From NCBI GenBank assembly GCA_016194905.1, contig JACQAP010000005.1:205114-269113 (forward strand): a stretch of DNA of 64,000 bases. The letters are read 5' to 3'. A program made the translations under genes and the position numbers. Below are positions 1 to 9,253 of the stretch, one piece after another (the first letter of the stretch is position 1; every line of letters starts with the position of its first letter). The notes below the pieces were generated by a model. The model saw only the letters and a program-made list of their open reading frames with translations. It made no database searches and had not been told where the DNA came from. Source of the DNA: Betaproteobacteria bacterium (GTDB taxonomy: Bacteria > Pseudomonadota > Gammaproteobacteria > Burkholderiales > JACQAP01).

Positions 1-1983
1 TGGATTCTCGGCCGACCCGCCGGCAATGCGCGCATGCAGGAAATCGCCGCTGCCATACAACAAGGTGCGCAGGCCTATCTGAACCGGCAGTACACGACCA
101 TCGCCATTGTTGGCGTCATCCTGTTCGTGGTGCTCGGGTTCGGGCTCGACTGGTACTCCGCGATCGGTTTCCTGATCGGCGCCGTGCTGTCGGGGTTGAC
201 GGGCTTCATCGGCATGAATGTCTCCGTGCGCGCCAACGTGCGCACCGCCGAAGCCGCCAACAACGGCATCAATGCCGCTCTCCAGGTCGCATTCCGCGGC
301 GGCGCGATCACCGGCATGCTGGTGGTTGGGCTCGGCCTGCTCGGCGTGGCTGGCTATTACGGCATTCTGCTGACCATGATCGAGCCCGACAAGGCGCTGC
401 ACTCACTGGTCGGGCTGGCCTTCGGTTCTTCATTGATCTCGATTTTCGCGCGCCTCGGCGGCGGCATCTTCACCAAGGGCGCCGACGTCGGTGCCGACCT
501 GGTGGGCAAGGTGGAAGCTGGCATTCCCGAAGACGATCCGCGCAATCCGGCGGTGATAGCCGACAACGTCGGTGACAATGTCGGTGACTGCGCCGGCATG
601 GCGGCCGACCTGTTCGAGACCTACGCCGTCACTATTGTCGCCACGATGCTGCTCGGCGGCCTGATGCTCAGCCAGGTGGGTCCCAACGCCGTGCTCTATC
701 CGCTGGTCTTGGGCGGCGCTTCGATCATCGCTTCCATCATCGGCACGTTCTTCGTCAAGGCGAAAGAGGGCGGCAAGATCATGAACGCACTCTACAAGGG
801 CGTGATCGTGTCGGGCGTGCTCGCTGCCATCGCCTTTTACTTCATCACCAACAAGATGATGGCCGACAGCCCGCTGGGTGCGATGCATCTGTTTTACGCA
901 TCGCTCGTCGGCCTGATCCTCACCGCGTTGATGGTGGTCATCACCGAGTACTACACCGCTACCGAATACGCGCCGGTACGTCACGTCGCCGCGGCTTCGC
1001 AGACCGGTCACGCAACCAACATCATCGCCGGCCTGGGCGTGTCCATGAAGTCCACCGCGCTGCCTGTGCTCGCCGTCTGCGCCGCGATCTGGGCTGCTTA
1101 CACATTCGCCGGACTGTACGGCATCGCCATTGCCGCCACCGCAATGCTGTCGATGACGGGCATGATCGTAGCACTCGATGCCTATGGCCCGATCACCGAC
1201 AACGCCGGCGGCATCGCCGAAATGGCTGGGCTGCCCGCGAAGATCCGCGACATCACCGACCCGCTGGACGCGGTGGGCAACACCACCAAGGCCGTGACCA
1301 AGGGCTATGCAATCGGCTCCGCCGGCCTCGCTGCATTGGTGCTGTTCGCCGATTACACACACAACCTGGCAGCCCTGCATAAGCTCGGTCCCGACACGCT
1401 GGTCAAGGGCTTCGAACTCTCCGACCCGGCGATCATCATCGGCCTGTTCATCGGCGGACTGGTGCCCTACCTGTTCGGCGCCATGGCGATGGAAGCCGTC
1501 GGACGTGCCGCTGGTGCAGTGGTGAACGAAGTGCGCCGCCAGTTCCGCGAGATCAAGGGCATCATGGAAGGCACCGCGAAGCCGGATTATTCACGCGCAG
1601 TGGACATGCTGACCAAGGCCGCCATCAAGGAAATGCTGATTCCGTCGCTGCTGCCGGTGCTGGTTCCGGTGATAGTCGCCTTCGGCATGAACTGGCTGAT
1701 GGGTCCGGGCGCCGGCATTCGCGCGCTCGGCGGCCTGCTGATCGGCACCATCGTCACCGGCCTGTTCGTCGCCATCTCGATGACGACCGGCGGCGGTGCC
1801 TGGGACAACGCCAAGAAATACATCGAAGACGGTCACTACGGCGGCAAGGGTTCCGATGCTCACAAGGCAGCGGTGACAGGCGATACCGTGGGCGACCCTT
1901 ACAAGGACACGGCCGGCCCAGCCGTGAATCCGTTGATCAAGATCATCAACATCGTGGCGCTGCTGCTGGTTCCATTGCTGTAG
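1..1983 (+). CDS. hppA: Membrane-bound H+-translocating pyrophosphatase, 5' end outside window
   Basis: Reading frame is open from base 1 (listed ORF 34..1983). Multi-TM protein with hallmark motifs [33 protein letters not shown] and [14 protein letters not shown]. Confidence 0.95.
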   Translation, partial: WILGRPAGNARMQEIAAAIQQGAQAYLNRQYTTIAIVGVILFVVLGFGLDWYSAIGFLIGAVLSGLTGFIGMNVSVRANVRTAEAANNGINAALQVAFRGGAITGMLVVGLGLLGVAGYYGILLTMIEPDKALHSLVGLAFGSSLISIFARLGGGIFTKGADVGADLVGKVEAGIPEDDPRNPAVIADNVGDNVGDCAGMAADLFETYAVTIVATMLLGGLMLSQVGPNAVLYPLVLGGASIIASIIGTFFVKAKEGGKIMNALYKGVIVSGVLAAIAFYFITNKMMADSPLGAMHLFYASLVGLILTALMVVITEYYTATEYAPVRHVAAASQTGHATNIIAGLGVSMKSTALPVLAVCAAIWAAYTFAGLYGIAIAATAMLSMTGMIVALDAYGPITDNAGGIAEMAGLPAKIRDITDPLDAVGNTTKAVTKGYAIGSAGLAALVLFADYTHNLAALHKLGPDTLVKGFELSDPAIIIGLFIGGLVPYLFGAMAMEAVGRAAGAVVNEVRRQFREIKGIMEGTAKPDYSRAVDMLTKAAIKEMLIPSLLPVLVPVIVAFGMNWLMGPGAGIRALGGLLIGTIVTGLFVAISMTTGGGAWDNAKKYIEDGHYGGKGSDAHKAAVTGDTVGDPYKDTAGPAVNPLIKIINIVALLLVPLL

Positions 1984-2003
1984 CGCGCGCCTGACGTTCT
2001 GCC

Positions 2004-2042
2004 AAAAAATCCCGCGGCGCGAAGGTGCCGCGGGATTTTTTT
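2004..2042 (+). terminator. Rho-independent terminator after hppA
   Basis: Perfect GC-rich hairpin aaaaaatcccgcggc...gccgcgggattttttt with a T-run, about 20 nt after the stop codon. Confidence 0.6.
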
Positions 2043-2099
2043 AAGGTGCATCAGACTTTCCCGTAGGTAGAGACAGGCCGGTGGGTGGCAAGACTCAAA

Positions 2100-2282
2100 A
2101 ACCACTCACCGCAAAGGACGCAAAGGACGCAAAGGACGCAAAGGTAAAGTCAAAGGCGAAGAAGGATACAAAAGCAATTTCCGTGAGCCAAAACCAACAG
2201 GCATGGTATTTTCCCGTCGAGGGTTGTCTCTCCCTGGTTTTCCTTCGCGTCCTTGGCGTCCTTTGCGGTGAATGTTTTTCCT
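2100..2282. repeat. Palindromic MITE-like element, copy 1 (arm unit gcaaaggac)
   Basis: Left arm tcaccgcaaaggacgcaaaggacgcaaaggacgc pairs with right arm gcgtccttggcgtcctttgcggtgaatg. The centre matches copies 2 and 3 in reverse orientation. Confidence 0.8.
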
Positions 2283-2356
2283 TCGTGACGTTGACCCTAT
2301 CCCGCAAGTCAGTGAAAATTAACCTCCGACCCACACGAAAATTGGATGAACATTTT

Positions 2357-2752
2357 TTAACGGCCAACGGGAATTACGCAGCGTCCGTTGATACATGCGG
2401 CCACCGGTTCCGGTAGTGCAACGCATGCGGCGACGGGAACTCCCCGCTTCTGCGCATCCTCGAGCGCAAAGTTGTATTCGGCGATCTTGGTTTCGAGCGC
2501 GGCCTTGTCGGTCGACCGCCAGGAATACGCGATGTATTCGGCCGGGCCGCCGCAGGCATTCGCGCCCAGTGCGGCGATCCGGCAGTTCACCAGATTCGCG
2601 CAAACTGCCGACCCCAACAGCACCGTGATGTCATTGCGCAGCCGCGCGAGTTCCACTTCCGCGCCGACGGCGGCCTTTTCATCTGCGCACACACCGCCGT
2701 TCAGGCCGGCCACCAGGACAATGCCAACCAGCAACCGAACCATCGGATTCAT
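2357..2752 (-). CDS. Small secreted Cys-rich hypothetical protein
   Basis: 131-aa ORF with an N-terminal hydrophobic signal-like segment (MNPMVRLLVGIVLVAGLNGGVCA) and GGGGAGG upstream of the ATG. No family recognised. Confidence 0.55.
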   Translation of the reverse strand: MNPMVRLLVGIVLVAGLNGGVCADEKAAVGAEVELARLRNDITVLLGSAVCANLVNCRIAALGANACGGPAEYIAYSWRSTDKAALETKIAEYNFALEDAQKRGVPVAACVALPEPVAACINGRCVIPVGR

Positions 2753-2889
2753 GCCAACCTCCCCGACTCGTCGGCTGCCACTATTTCACGTGAATGGCAG
2801 ACAGCGCAAGCTGCCGGCGGATTCGACTCGGACGCCGCTTTCTGAGAAAGTACCGGCCCTCGAAGCTTTTCGCAGTCCTCAACAAACCC

Positions 2890-3447
2890 ATGGCCCTCAA
2901 GGCAACCATTTTCAAAGCCGAGCTGCGCATAGCGGACATGGAGCGCGGCTACTACCACGATCACGCGCTCACCGTCGCGCGCCATCCGTCGGAGACCGAT
3001 GAACGCATGATGGTGCGGCTGCTGGTGTTCGCGTTGAACGCCGATGAGACCTTGGCATTCGGCGCCGGACTGAGCACCGACGACGAACCCGACCTGTGGC
3101 GCAAGGATCTGACCGGCAGCATCGAAACCTGGATCGACGTCGGTCTGCCCGACGAGAAACGCATCCGCAAGGCCTGCGGCCGCGCCGACGAGGTGTTCGT
3201 CTACAGCTACGGCGGCCATGCCGCGGAACTCTGGTGGCAACAGGTCGGCGACAAGCTCGCGCGGTCGAACAAGCTCACGGTCATCAATCTTCCGCAGACA
3301 GGTACGCAGGCCCTGGCCGGCCTGGCGGCGCGCAACATGCAATTGCAAGTCACCATCCAGGACGGACAGGTATGGGTGGCGGACGATCACGACTCGGTAC
3401 AACTGGACCCGAAAACGATTCTGGCGGCAAAACCCGAGTGGAGCTGA
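2890..3447 (+). CDS. yaeQ: YaeQ family protein
   Basis: N-terminus MALKATIFKAELRIADMERGYYHDHALTVARHPSETDERMM is typical of YaeQ. Start placed at the internal ATG of ORF 2794..3447. Confidence 0.85.
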   Translation: MALKATIFKAELRIADMERGYYHDHALTVARHPSETDERMMVRLLVFALNADETLAFGAGLSTDDEPDLWRKDLTGSIETWIDVGLPDEKRIRKACGRADEVFVYSYGGHAAELWWQQVGDKLARSNKLTVINLPQTGTQALAGLAARNMQLQVTIQDGQVWVADDHDSVQLDPKTILAAKPEWS

Positions 3448-3554
3448 GGTCGGCGTTGCCGCCAGCGCGGGATTATTCGAACGAATGCTGGTGAGGAGCC
3501 ACACCAAGTGGCATCGTAGTTTGCAAAAGTCCCGAATTGGGACTAACATGACTC

Positions 3555-3857
3555 ATGCGCGTCATTGCATTATCGACCCTCAAGGCATTCTGGGAGAACT
3601 CTTCAAAATATGACGACGCGGAACAGCCGACGTTGGTCTGGTACCGACACGTCCTTAAGGCCGATTGGGCATCGCCAGCAGACGTGAAGTCCCAGTTTGG
3701 TAGCGCCACTATCCTTGCGGATGGGCGTGTCGTGTTCAACATCGCCGGGAACAAGTATCGGGTGGTGGTGTGGATCAACTACGCGTACCGCGTCATTTAT
3801 GTCCGCTTCATTGGAACGCACGCGCAGTACGATCGGATCGACGCACAGACGATTTGA
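3555..3857 (+). CDS. higB: Type II toxin HigB (RelE-fold mRNA interferase)
   Basis: 100 aa with FNIAGNKYRVVVWINY and VRFIGTHAQYDRID, characteristic of the HigB_toxin family. The antitoxin gene follows after 13 nt. Confidence 0.85.
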   Translation: MRVIALSTLKAFWENSSKYDDAEQPTLVWYRHVLKADWASPADVKSQFGSATILADGRVVFNIAGNKYRVVVWINYAYRVIYVRFIGTHAQYDRIDAQTI

Positions 3858-3870
3858 AGGAACGTAGAGT

Positions 3871-4245
3871 ATGGAAATCAAGCCGATCAGGACCAAAGCA
3901 GACTATAAGGCCGCTCTCAAGGAGATCGAGTCGCTGATGGGCGCTCGCCGCAATTCCCCGGAAGGCGAGCGCTTGGATGTGTTGGTTACCCTTGTGGAGG
4001 CACACGAGCGCAAACACTTTCCGCTTGAGCTACCGGATCCGATCGAGGCCATCAAGTTCGCGATGGATCAACAGGGCCTGAGCGTGAAGGATCTCGATCC
4101 GATGCTGGGCCGCTCGAACCGGGTCTATGAAGTCCTGAACCGCAAACGACCGCTGACGCTCAAGATGATCTGGCGACTGCACAAGGAGCTCGGCATCCCC
4201 GCCGAGTGTCTGATCAGACCGCCGCAGCAGAGCGAGGCTGCCTGA
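3871..4245 (+). CDS. higA: Type II antitoxin HigA (HTH domain)
   Basis: 124 aa. Starts MEIKPIRTKADYKAALKEIESLM and carries a C-terminal HTH-like segment (NRKRPLTLKMIWRLHKELGIP). Adjacent to higB. Confidence 0.85.
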   Translation: MEIKPIRTKADYKAALKEIESLMGARRNSPEGERLDVLVTLVEAHERKHFPLELPDPIEAIKFAMDQQGLSVKDLDPMLGRSNRVYEVLNRKRPLTLKMIWRLHKELGIPAECLIRPPQQSEAA

Positions 4246-4288
4246 ATCACCGCGCTGGCAAATCGTATTGATCCAGAAGTTCTTCAGG

Positions 4289-4408
4289 GCACCATCCAGG
4301 ACGGACAGGTATGAGTGGCGGACGATCGCGCGTCGGTGCAACTGGATCCGAAAACCATTCTGGCATCGAAGCCCGAGCGGAGCTGAGGTCGGGGCTGCCG
4401 CCAGCGCG
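4289..4408 (+). pseudogene. Displaced yaeQ 3'-end fragment, copy 2
   Basis: Hand alignment to 3351..3470 (caccatccaggacggacaggtatg.gtggcggacgatc...gagctgaggtcgg.g.tgccgccagcgcgg). Includes the stop codon plus ~20 nt. Diverged. Confidence 0.8.
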
Positions 4409-4500
4409 GCAGATCACCATAGTTAAAGCCCTGATCCCCAACGTGTTCGCCTTCCCGCGGTTGTCGTGCATCGCTGCCGGGAGCGTAATACAATGGCCGG

Positions 4501-4755
4501 ATGAAAACTCTTACTGTGCGACTTCCCGAGGCGTTGGTGGCCGAGATTGAGGCGGAGTCTCGTGAACGCCGGCGCTCCAAGTCCGACGTGATTCGCGAAC
4601 GCCTGACCCGTGCAGAGAAACCGCGGACAAAAGCGCGATTGCCTGACTCGATTGCCGACTTGGTCGGTTCAGTGCCCTCGTTGTCTGCGGACTTGAGCCA
4701 GCGGAAGAAGGCGTATTTGAAGAGCACGGATTATGGCCGGAAACGTAATCGTTGA
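4501..4755 (+). CDS. Ribbon-helix-helix (CopG-like) antitoxin
   Basis: 84 aa starting MKTLTVRLPEALVAEIEAESRERRRSKSDVIRERL, an RHH pattern. Overlaps the downstream PIN gene. Confidence 0.75.
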   Translation: MKTLTVRLPEALVAEIEAESRERRRSKSDVIRERLTRAEKPRTKARLPDSIADLVGSVPSLSADLSQRKKAYLKSTDYGRKRNR

Positions 4756-5143
4756 TGCCGGCTTCCTCATCGCTTTACTGAGCCGCCGCGATACCCACAA
4801 CGCTTGGGCAGTGGCTGAATCGCCTAATTTTCCCTTGCCGTGGCTAACTTGCGACGCCGTTCTTTCGGAAGCCTTTCACCTGCTCGGAGCGCGCGGTTGG
4901 AGCGCTTTGGCCGCGCTTCTCCGGCGAGGCGCGGTAATCCCGACATTTGATCTTGGTGGTGAACTCGACAGAGTCCTGACTTTGATGCAAAAGTACTCGA
5001 GCGTTCCCATGAGCATCGCGGACGCTTGCCTGGTCAGGATGACGGAAACACTGTCCAATCCAATCATTCTCAGTACCGATAGGGACTTCCACGTGTATCG
5101 TCGCCACAGCCGGCACGTTGTGCCTTGCAGAACTCCCTATTGA
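4733..5143 (+). CDS. vapC: PIN-domain toxin (VapC-like)
   Basis: 136 aa with an N-terminal VIVDAGFLIAL acidic motif and a C-terminal ILSTDRDF motif typical of PIN nucleases. Overlaps the RHH gene by 23 nt. Confidence 0.8.
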   Translation: MAGNVIVDAGFLIALLSRRDTHNAWAVAESPNFPLPWLTCDAVLSEAFHLLGARGWSALAALLRRGAVIPTFDLGGELDRVLTLMQKYSSVPMSIADACLVRMTETLSNPIILSTDRDFHVYRRHSRHVVPCRTPY

Positions 5144-5205
5144 TGGTGGCGCATGACGGCAACCTCGCGGAGCATCGAGAGAGAGGGCATGGATAGCAAT
5201 GAGCG

Positions 5206-5446
5206 ACGGCGGCCACGCTGCGTGGGTCTGGTGGCAACAGGTCGGCGACAAGCTCGCGCGGTCGCACAAGCTCATGGTCATCGATCCTCCGCAGGCGGGC
5301 ACTGGCCGGCCTCGCCGCTCGCAACATGCAATTGCAAGTCACCGTCCAGGACGGACAGGTGTGGGTGGCGGACGACCGCGACTCGGTGCCACTGGATCCG
5401 CAAACTATTCTGGCGGCAAAACCCGAGTGGAGCTGAGATCGGCGTT
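5206..5446 (+). pseudogene. Displaced yaeQ 3'-end fragment, copy 3
   Basis: Hand alignment to about 3209..3458 of yaeQ (tggtggcaacaggtcggcgacaagctcgcgcggtc ... caattgcaagtcacc.tccaggacggacaggt). Contains a 9-nt deletion and many substitutions. Confidence 0.8.
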
Positions 5447-5618
5447 ACAGCGGCGTGTAGGATTCCGGCGTAATTTGATGGCCGAGATATGGCGGCGTAC
5501 TATCGTGGAGATTAAAAAAAGGAACTAACCCGGTTCCGGAGTGGGTGTGTGTTTCTATGCTCCCGTGTTACTTGAACGGGGGCTTCCTTTCTGAACTGAC
5601 ACGTGAGGTCCGATCAAA

Positions 5619-6335
5619 ATGCCAATATTGAGACGCCAAGGTTGGAGCCGGCTAGCCGTCGTCTTGACGTTGGCATGGATCGTCGGAGTAGTTGCATATA
5701 CGGCCGTTGTTTATCAACTGCGGTACTCTGAGTTGTCGGCACTGGGAAGCGGTATCAGCCCGAGCACCCGCCAGGCAGTAGGCCACGAAGGGTTTTTGGT
5801 GAAGTGCACTGAGGCTGAATCACAGGGCTTGTCGTGCGGACTTCGCTACAAAAACCTTCTGTGGCTTATCCTCGCGCCCCTTGGCGGCGCGTGGATTCTT
5901 GTGCCGGCGACGGTCATTGCCGTGAGATGGATCCAAGAAGGATTTCGCCCAGGCGACAAAGCAATTCACCCCGACGCCACACCACTAGAGCTTGGCGAGT
6001 TCATTACTCAAAGCCTCTTCGCGATTTTTCACGGCCTTGATCAGGCGAACCAGCGTGTTATCGCTGAAGGACAGACGCCCGAGTCTCTATTCTTTCTGAG
6101 ATACAGTCCAGACAAGAGCACGGGATCGGCCATAGAGTTCGATGTCGGAGTCATAGCTATGGCCGACACAACGAGTTATGCCAAAGCAGCGTTTAAGGTC
6201 GCAGTGTTTGAGGGAGCCCTCGGGCAAGCGTCTGCAACAAGCAGAGGGGCAGTGTCACGCATGAAATTTATCGTCTACGCCAAGCACTGGGACGGCTTGA
6301 ATGGCCCGCGGTCCGCCGAAAGAAAAAATGTATAG
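5619..6335 (+). CDS. Hypothetical membrane-anchored protein
   Basis: 238-aa ORF in a visibly lower-GC segment with two hydrophobic helices in the N-terminal half and a soluble C-terminal half. No firm family. Confidence 0.5.
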   Translation: MPILRRQGWSRLAVVLTLAWIVGVVAYTAVVYQLRYSELSALGSGISPSTRQAVGHEGFLVKCTEAESQGLSCGLRYKNLLWLILAPLGGAWILVPATVIAVRWIQEGFRPGDKAIHPDATPLELGEFITQSLFAIFHGLDQANQRVIAEGQTPESLFFLRYSPDKSTGSAIEFDVGVIAMADTTSYAKAAFKVAVFEGALGQASATSRGAVSRMKFIVYAKHWDGLNGPRSAERKNV

Positions 6336-6386
6336 CTTTACCCGTTGTTAACGAGCATCCGCCCCGCAGTCGGCGCAGGAAGAAAC

Positions 6387-6812
6387 ATGATGCACTCTCC
6401 AATCAGGGCACGTTCATTCGTCGCAACTCTTGGCATCCTGGTGGTATGGCTCAACATAGCCGCTGGCTGTGGAGGGCATTATGAGGTGCGAGAGAAAATC
6501 GATAGGACGCGCTACAAAACGGTGTACGTCGAGAAATTTGAAAATGATGAGTTTGACATGAGGCCGCGCCTCGAACAGCAAATGGTGGTTCTCGGTTTCG
6601 AGACGACTGGGGAAAAAGCGAAGGCAGATCTGACGCTCGTGTGGCGCTACACTCATGCCATGTTGGGCACCAATGCGTCAGTTCGTTTGGTGAACGCGGA
6701 AGGCAGGACGGTCTACCTTGGCGAAGGGGACAACCCGGGATTCGGCACTGCATTGAACAAGACGGGCGCAGTCTGGGGGTGCTTCGAGAGAGCCCTTGGC
6801 GGGTTAAGGTAG
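6387..6812 (+). CDS. Hypothetical lipoprotein
   Basis: Signal peptide with lipobox-like LNIAAGC, and AGGAAG before the ATG at 6387 (internal start of ORF 6345..6812). Confidence 0.5.
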   Translation: MMHSPIRARSFVATLGILVVWLNIAAGCGGHYEVREKIDRTRYKTVYVEKFENDEFDMRPRLEQQMVVLGFETTGEKAKADLTLVWRYTHAMLGTNASVRLVNAEGRTVYLGEGDNPGFGTALNKTGAVWGCFERALGGLR

Positions 6813-6921
6813 CAGCACGCATAGAACTCGGGTATCCCCCAGGGGGGGCTAGGGACAGGTGCTTACCTGCTAAAGCGACCGTACTCCGAAAATTGTGATC
6901 AAAAGATATTCGTGAAGTCAG

Positions 6922-7779
6922 TCAGTCTGAATTGGTGTCGGTGTTTTTTGCTTGCGCTCGTCGATCTTCCCATGCGTTCTTGATTACTGCGGCAATCCAT
7001 CCGAGTTCCCTTCCGATCATAGACCCGGCCACGACAAAGGCGATAAAGACGATGAAAGCCATGACGTAGTTGAAGGCGAAGAGAATCCCGCTGCCCAAAA
7101 TCCACAGCAAGATTGCGTAAACGAAGAAAGCGGCGTAACGCGGGAAGACGGTACCGGCTACGATGAAAGCGACTATGGGGGCAAGAGGAAGAATCCAAGG
7201 TCCCCACCCGGTCCCGACGATTCCGCCCACCCAGTTATCAATCCAAGTAAATATGCTTGCCCCGATGGCTTCAACCCATTTATCCAAAGGTCGCAAGAGG
7301 TTGGAAAATGCAGGCGCGTACACGATAAATAATATGACGCCCCCGATAATGCCGAAAGGATTTCCACTCTCCCTCGCCATCCAGCGGTCGATGCGAGTTT
7401 GTCTTAAGCGCTCACTTTCTCGGAGTTTGAATTCCGCCCATTCACTGGGATTCAGCTTGGTCTGGGTTCCGTCCCAGTTGGTAACAGTGGGGTCACGCCA
7501 ATTTGCGGGCGCCCAGCGTTTGAATGCTTGCAAACCGAGCAACACGAATATGAAGATGTACCCCATGGTGTCGAGCGCTCGTCCCCAAGTACCCCAGCGC
7601 CAGCTATCCGTTAACTCGAATAGATAGTCCAGCGGCAAAAACAAGAGGAACAGAACTGCTGCTACCAGCGCACCGCCCACGACCATGTAGACAGGGACGA
7701 GCAATGCCAGCCCTAGCCATTTGAACAGGCCAAGAAGTTGCGCCGGGAACCCGCGAATCCTTTGCAGGCGAGTATTCAT
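6922..7779 (-). CDS. Hypothetical polytopic membrane protein
   Basis: Start placed at MNTRLQRIRG, with GGAG 9 nt upstream, inside ORF 6922..7923. Many hydrophobic helices. Lower-GC segment. Confidence 0.55.
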   Translation of the reverse strand: MNTRLQRIRGFPAQLLGLFKWLGLALLVPVYMVVGGALVAAVLFLLFLPLDYLFELTDSWRWGTWGRALDTMGYIFIFVLLGLQAFKRWAPANWRDPTVTNWDGTQTKLNPSEWAEFKLRESERLRQTRIDRWMARESGNPFGIIGGVILFIVYAPAFSNLLRPLDKWVEAIGASIFTWIDNWVGGIVGTGWGPWILPLAPIVAFIVAGTVFPRYAAFFVYAILLWILGSGILFAFNYVMAFIVFIAFVVAGSMIGRELGWIAAVIKNAWEDRRAQAKNTDTNSD

Positions 7780-8030
7780 CGCGATTTTCTCCAAGGTCTC
7801 CGGTTCACTAAACACTCGCTGCTCGTGATGGTAAAGCGCGTTCAAGCTACTCGCTGGCGGCTGTGTGGTCAATGCCAGTGACTTCCCAGGTTGCGGAGTA
7901 GTTGCGTTGCCGGTAGCGTGCAAGAGCCAAGCAAATAGGGGTTTTAGCTTCCACCAGTTTCAGTGGAGTTGTATCAGCGCCGTTCAAGACACTGAAACAA
8001 CCTCAATCCAGTGCCCAGATTCATCCTGTC

Positions 8031-8062
8031 TGGCACTCTTGAGGGGATTCGAACGCCTCCCT
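8031..8062 (-). other. tRNA 3'-end-like fragment (T-arm, acceptor strand, CCA)
   Basis: Minus strand reads aggcGTTCGAATcccct-caagagt-g-cca: T-loop consensus, a 5-bp stem with one mismatch, a 7-nt acceptor strand, a discriminator and CCA. No D or anticodon arm found upstream. Confidence 0.35.
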
Positions 8063-8159
8063 CTCTCTTCGCGCCGCAACAGAACATGCTATGAAAAGCG
8101 TCATGCTGCATCCGATATTCCTGTGGATAGGGGAGGCATCTGCGGCTTAAGACTCAACA

Positions 8160-8337
8160 AGTATTCACCGCAAAGGACGCCAAGGACGCGAAGGAATACC
8201 GGGAGAAAATAGACCACGACGGGAGAGTACATAGCCTGCCAGCTCGGGCTCACGAGAACTGTCGTTTGTACCCTTCCTTGCTTTTGACCTGGACATTCCT
8301 TCGCGTCCTTGGCGTCCCTTGCGGTGAATGTTTTTCT
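8160..8337. repeat. Palindromic MITE-like element, copy 2
   Basis: Arms ttcaccgcaaaggacgccaaggacgcgaagg and ccttcgcgtccttggcgtcccttgcggtgaatg. The centre is similar to copy 3. Confidence 0.85.
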
Positions 8338-8428
8338 TTAGTGGACACCACCCGCCAGGGCGACTGTTAGACGCCTGCGATGTTCCGCGCCATAATGGCC
8401 GCTCCGCTTCGATCCAGGCCAACCGATC

Positions 8429-9253
8429 ATGAGCGCAACTTCCCTGACTTCCCTCGATACGCTCGCAGCGTCAATTCCCGACGGCGCAGTGCTTGCCGTG
8501 CCAAAGGATACTTCCGGCGTGGCGATGGCCGCGACACGGGCGCTGGCGCGCCGCGGCGTGCGCAATCTGCATCTGGTCTGCGTGCCGCAAAGCGGCTTGC
8601 AGGCGGATCTGCTGATCGGCGCCGGCGCGGTGACGACATTGGAAACTTCGGCGGTCACCATGGGAGAGTTCGGCGCCGCACCGTGCTTCACCGCGGCGTT
8701 GCGCAACCGCTCGCTGCGTATCATGGATGCGACCTGCCCCGCGATTTACGCCGCACTGCAGGCCGCCGAGAAAGGTATTCCCTTCATCCCGCTGCGCGGC
8801 ATCATCGGCACCGACGTGTTGCGCCATCGCACGGACTGGAAAGTCATCGACAATCCGTTCGCCGCCGGCGATTCGATCGTCGTGCTTCCGGCAATCCGGC
8901 CCGATGTCGCGCTGTTCCATGCACGCTGCGCCGATCGCGAGGGCAACGTCTTCATCGGCAGGGAACGCGAGGTGCTGCTGATGGCGCATGCCGCGAAGAC
9001 CACGCTGGTCACGGTCGAGGAAATCGTCGACGGCAACCTGCTCGACGACCCGGCGCGCGGCGGCGCCGTGCTGCCTTCCATCTACGTATCGGCCGTCGCC
9101 GTCGCGAAACGCGGCGCCTGGCCGCTGGCTTTTGCCGATCTGTATCCGATGGACGATGCGGCGATCGATCATTACATGACGCTGGCACGCAGCGCGGAAG
9201 GCGTCGCGCGGTTCCTCGCCGAGTGGGACAGCGGCGTGCAAGCCGCGGCATGA
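8429..9253 (+). CDS. CoA-transferase family, subunit A-like
   Basis: 274 aa resembling glutaconate/3-oxoacid CoA-transferase alpha subunits. Translationally coupled to the B-like subunit. Confidence 0.8.
   Translation: MSATSLTSLDTLAASIPDGAVLAVPKDTSGVAMAATRALARRGVRNLHLVCVPQSGLQADLLIGAGAVTTLETSAVTMGEFGAAPCFTAALRNRSLRIMDATCPAIYAALQAAEKGIPFIPLRGIIGTDVLRHRTDWKVIDNPFAAGDSIVVLPAIRPDVALFHARCADREGNVFIGREREVLLMAHAAKTTLVTVEEIVDGNLLDDPARGGAVLPSIYVSAVAVAKRGAWPLAFADLYPMDDAAIDHYMTLARSAEGVARFLAEWDSGVQAAA

Noticed and set aside
2100-2282. Possible CRISPR array or tandem minisatellite, suggested by repeated 9-mers (gcaaaggac x4).
   Set aside because: The units are directly adjacent with no spacers, occur only 2-4 times, and are mirrored by a complementary arm ~130 nt away. 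This is a hairpin/MITE architecture, not a CRISPR array. No cas genes are present in the window.
8031-8105. Complete tRNA gene on the minus strand.
   Set aside because: Only the T-arm, acceptor 3' strand and CCA fit. The expected 5' acceptor strand pairs at only 5 of 7 positions, and no D-arm or anticodon stem-loop could be drawn. Kept only as a fragment.
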